DNA from: an uncultured Solibacteraceae bacterium
GTDB taxonomy: Bacteria > Acidobacteriota > Vicinamibacteria > Vicinamibacterales > SCN-69-37
Assembly: GCA_964471115.1 (NCBI GenBank)
Contig: CAYYFE010000015.1
Coordinates: forward strand, 13,818-77,817
Direction of reading: 5' to 3'
Length of the DNA: 64,000 nucleotides
Shown one piece after another: positions 63,152 to 64,000 of the stretch (positions are counted from its first letter, which is position 1; each line of letters begins with the position of its first letter). The notes under the pieces were generated by a model. It ran no database searches. It saw only the letters and a list, made by a program, of their open reading frames with translations, and was not told the DNA's origin. The translations under genes were made by a program, and so were the position numbers.

Positions 63152-64000
63152 TCAGCGCAGTTTGGTCACCCAGAGCGGCGAATCTTTCTTGGGCAGGTCG
63201 CAGGACCGGCAAATCTCGGGTCCGCCGCTTTCCAGGTGCTGGCGCCGCACGTCGAGATAGGCCGGCGAGTTCCACACCTGCGCGATGGACTGCGTCCGCA
63301 GGTCGCCGAGGATGTGCCGGCCGTCGAAATCCGCGCAGCACAGCGACACCCGGCCGTCCCACAACACCGTGAACGTCTGCCACATCCGGTAACACGGATA
63401 GGTCACGTTCGACGTGGCATTCAGCGTCCCGGCCCAGTTGTGCAGGTCGGTGATGTGAATCTTGTCGGCCACCTGCCGCCAGTGATCGATGAAGGCCTGT
63501 TCGTCGGCGGAGTTGTCCTGGCGCACGAACGACAGGATGAGTTTGGGCCGCACCTTGCCGGCGGCCTTGCGCAGCCGCACCAGCGTCTCGATGTTCCGGA
63601 TCACATCGTCGTAGCTGAGGTTGAGGCGGGTGCTCTCGAAGACCTCCTTGCCCGACGCATCGACGCTGATGTTGATGGCGTCCAGGCCCGCGTCGATCAT
63701 CCCCTGCGCGATCTCCTCGGTGATGAGCGACCCGTTGCTGATCATGCCGACCTCGGCGATGCCGCGCTGCTTCGCATAGCGCACCTTCTCGACCAGCTGA
63801 CGGTCGAGGAACGGTTCGCCGTAGTTGTGCACGCGGACGTGGGTGATCCCCAGCGCGGCGCATTCATCCACGACCTTGCGGAACAGGTCCATGTCCATGA
63901 CGCCCTGCCGCCGGTACATGTCGTCGCGCGGGCAGAACACACACTTGGCGTTGCAGAGATTCGTGCTCTCGATCTGGACGATGTCGGGCCAGCGCACCGC
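63152..64000 (-). CDS. radical SAM enzyme with SPASM-like C-terminus (N-terminus at or beyond the window edge)
   Basis: ESTNLCNAKCVFCPRDD (CxxxCxxC) at the window edge. C-terminal CYRMWQTFTVLWDGRVSLCCADF ... ICRSCD. Confidence 0.75.
   Translation of the reverse strand, partial: AVRWPDIVQIESTNLCNAKCVFCPRDDMYRRQGVMDMDLFRKVVDECAALGITHVRVHNYGEPFLDRQLVEKVRYAKQRGIAEVGMISNGSLITEEIAQGMIDAGLDAINISVDASGKEVFESTRLNLSYDDVIRNIETLVRLRKAAGKVRPKLILSFVRQDNSADEQAFIDHWRQVADKIHITDLHNWAGTLNATSNVTYPCYRMWQTFTVLWDGRVSLCCADFDGRHILGDLRTQSIAQVWNSPAYLDVRRQHLESGGPEICRSCDLPKKDSPLWVTKLR

Overview
High-GC bacterial chromosomal segment. It looks Acidobacteria-like, an inference from an ADOP-type orphan MacB/FtsX permease, paired VWFA-type secreted proteins and the general gene content. 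I saw no rRNA, tRNA, CRISPR, transposase or integrase. All calls come from reading the six-frame track and the DNA by eye, with no searches run. Start codons were re-picked where the track ORF clearly ran into a neighbouring gene or an antisense region.

Roughly the first 43 kb is housekeeping and envelope genes:
- partial transketolase, a TolB-like propeller fused to gamma-glutamyltranspeptidase, nadE, a TonB-dependent receptor, and a cobA-hemD fusion;
- atpZ-I-B-E-F, typA, and a Rieske protein with a cytochrome b / dihaem c fusion;
- an acyl-CoA ligase, a penicillin-acylase-family protein, MarR with soxCD-like sulfite dehydrogenase genes, a fused E1 dehydrogenase, murJ and a rhomboid protease.

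From about 43.2 kb to the window end lies an envelope-glycan cluster of at least 21 kb. It holds a GT4, a deacetylase, a GNAT, two methyltransferases, three or four GT-C/ArnT-like membrane transferases and a polyprenol-phosphate sugar synthase. It also holds an SGNH+MBOAT acyl-transfer pair, a Wzx-like flippase and three radical-SAM enzymes (one B12-binding, two SPASM-like).

The most unusual signals:
1. A dispersed family of short tandem-repeat arrays with 7-10 nt units: 14 arrays at 12 loci. They sit only at junctions between co-directional genes or in frame inside ORFs. Three of them lie inside one GT-C glycosyltransferase gene, and one lies six codons upstream of the putative GGT autoprocessing Thr.
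2. A low-GC islet with a textbook sigma-54 promoter and two upstream palindromes. It drives a 67-aa ribbon-helix-helix protein and a possible 28-aa membrane peptide.
3. The radical-SAM-rich, GT-C-rich glycan cluster itself.
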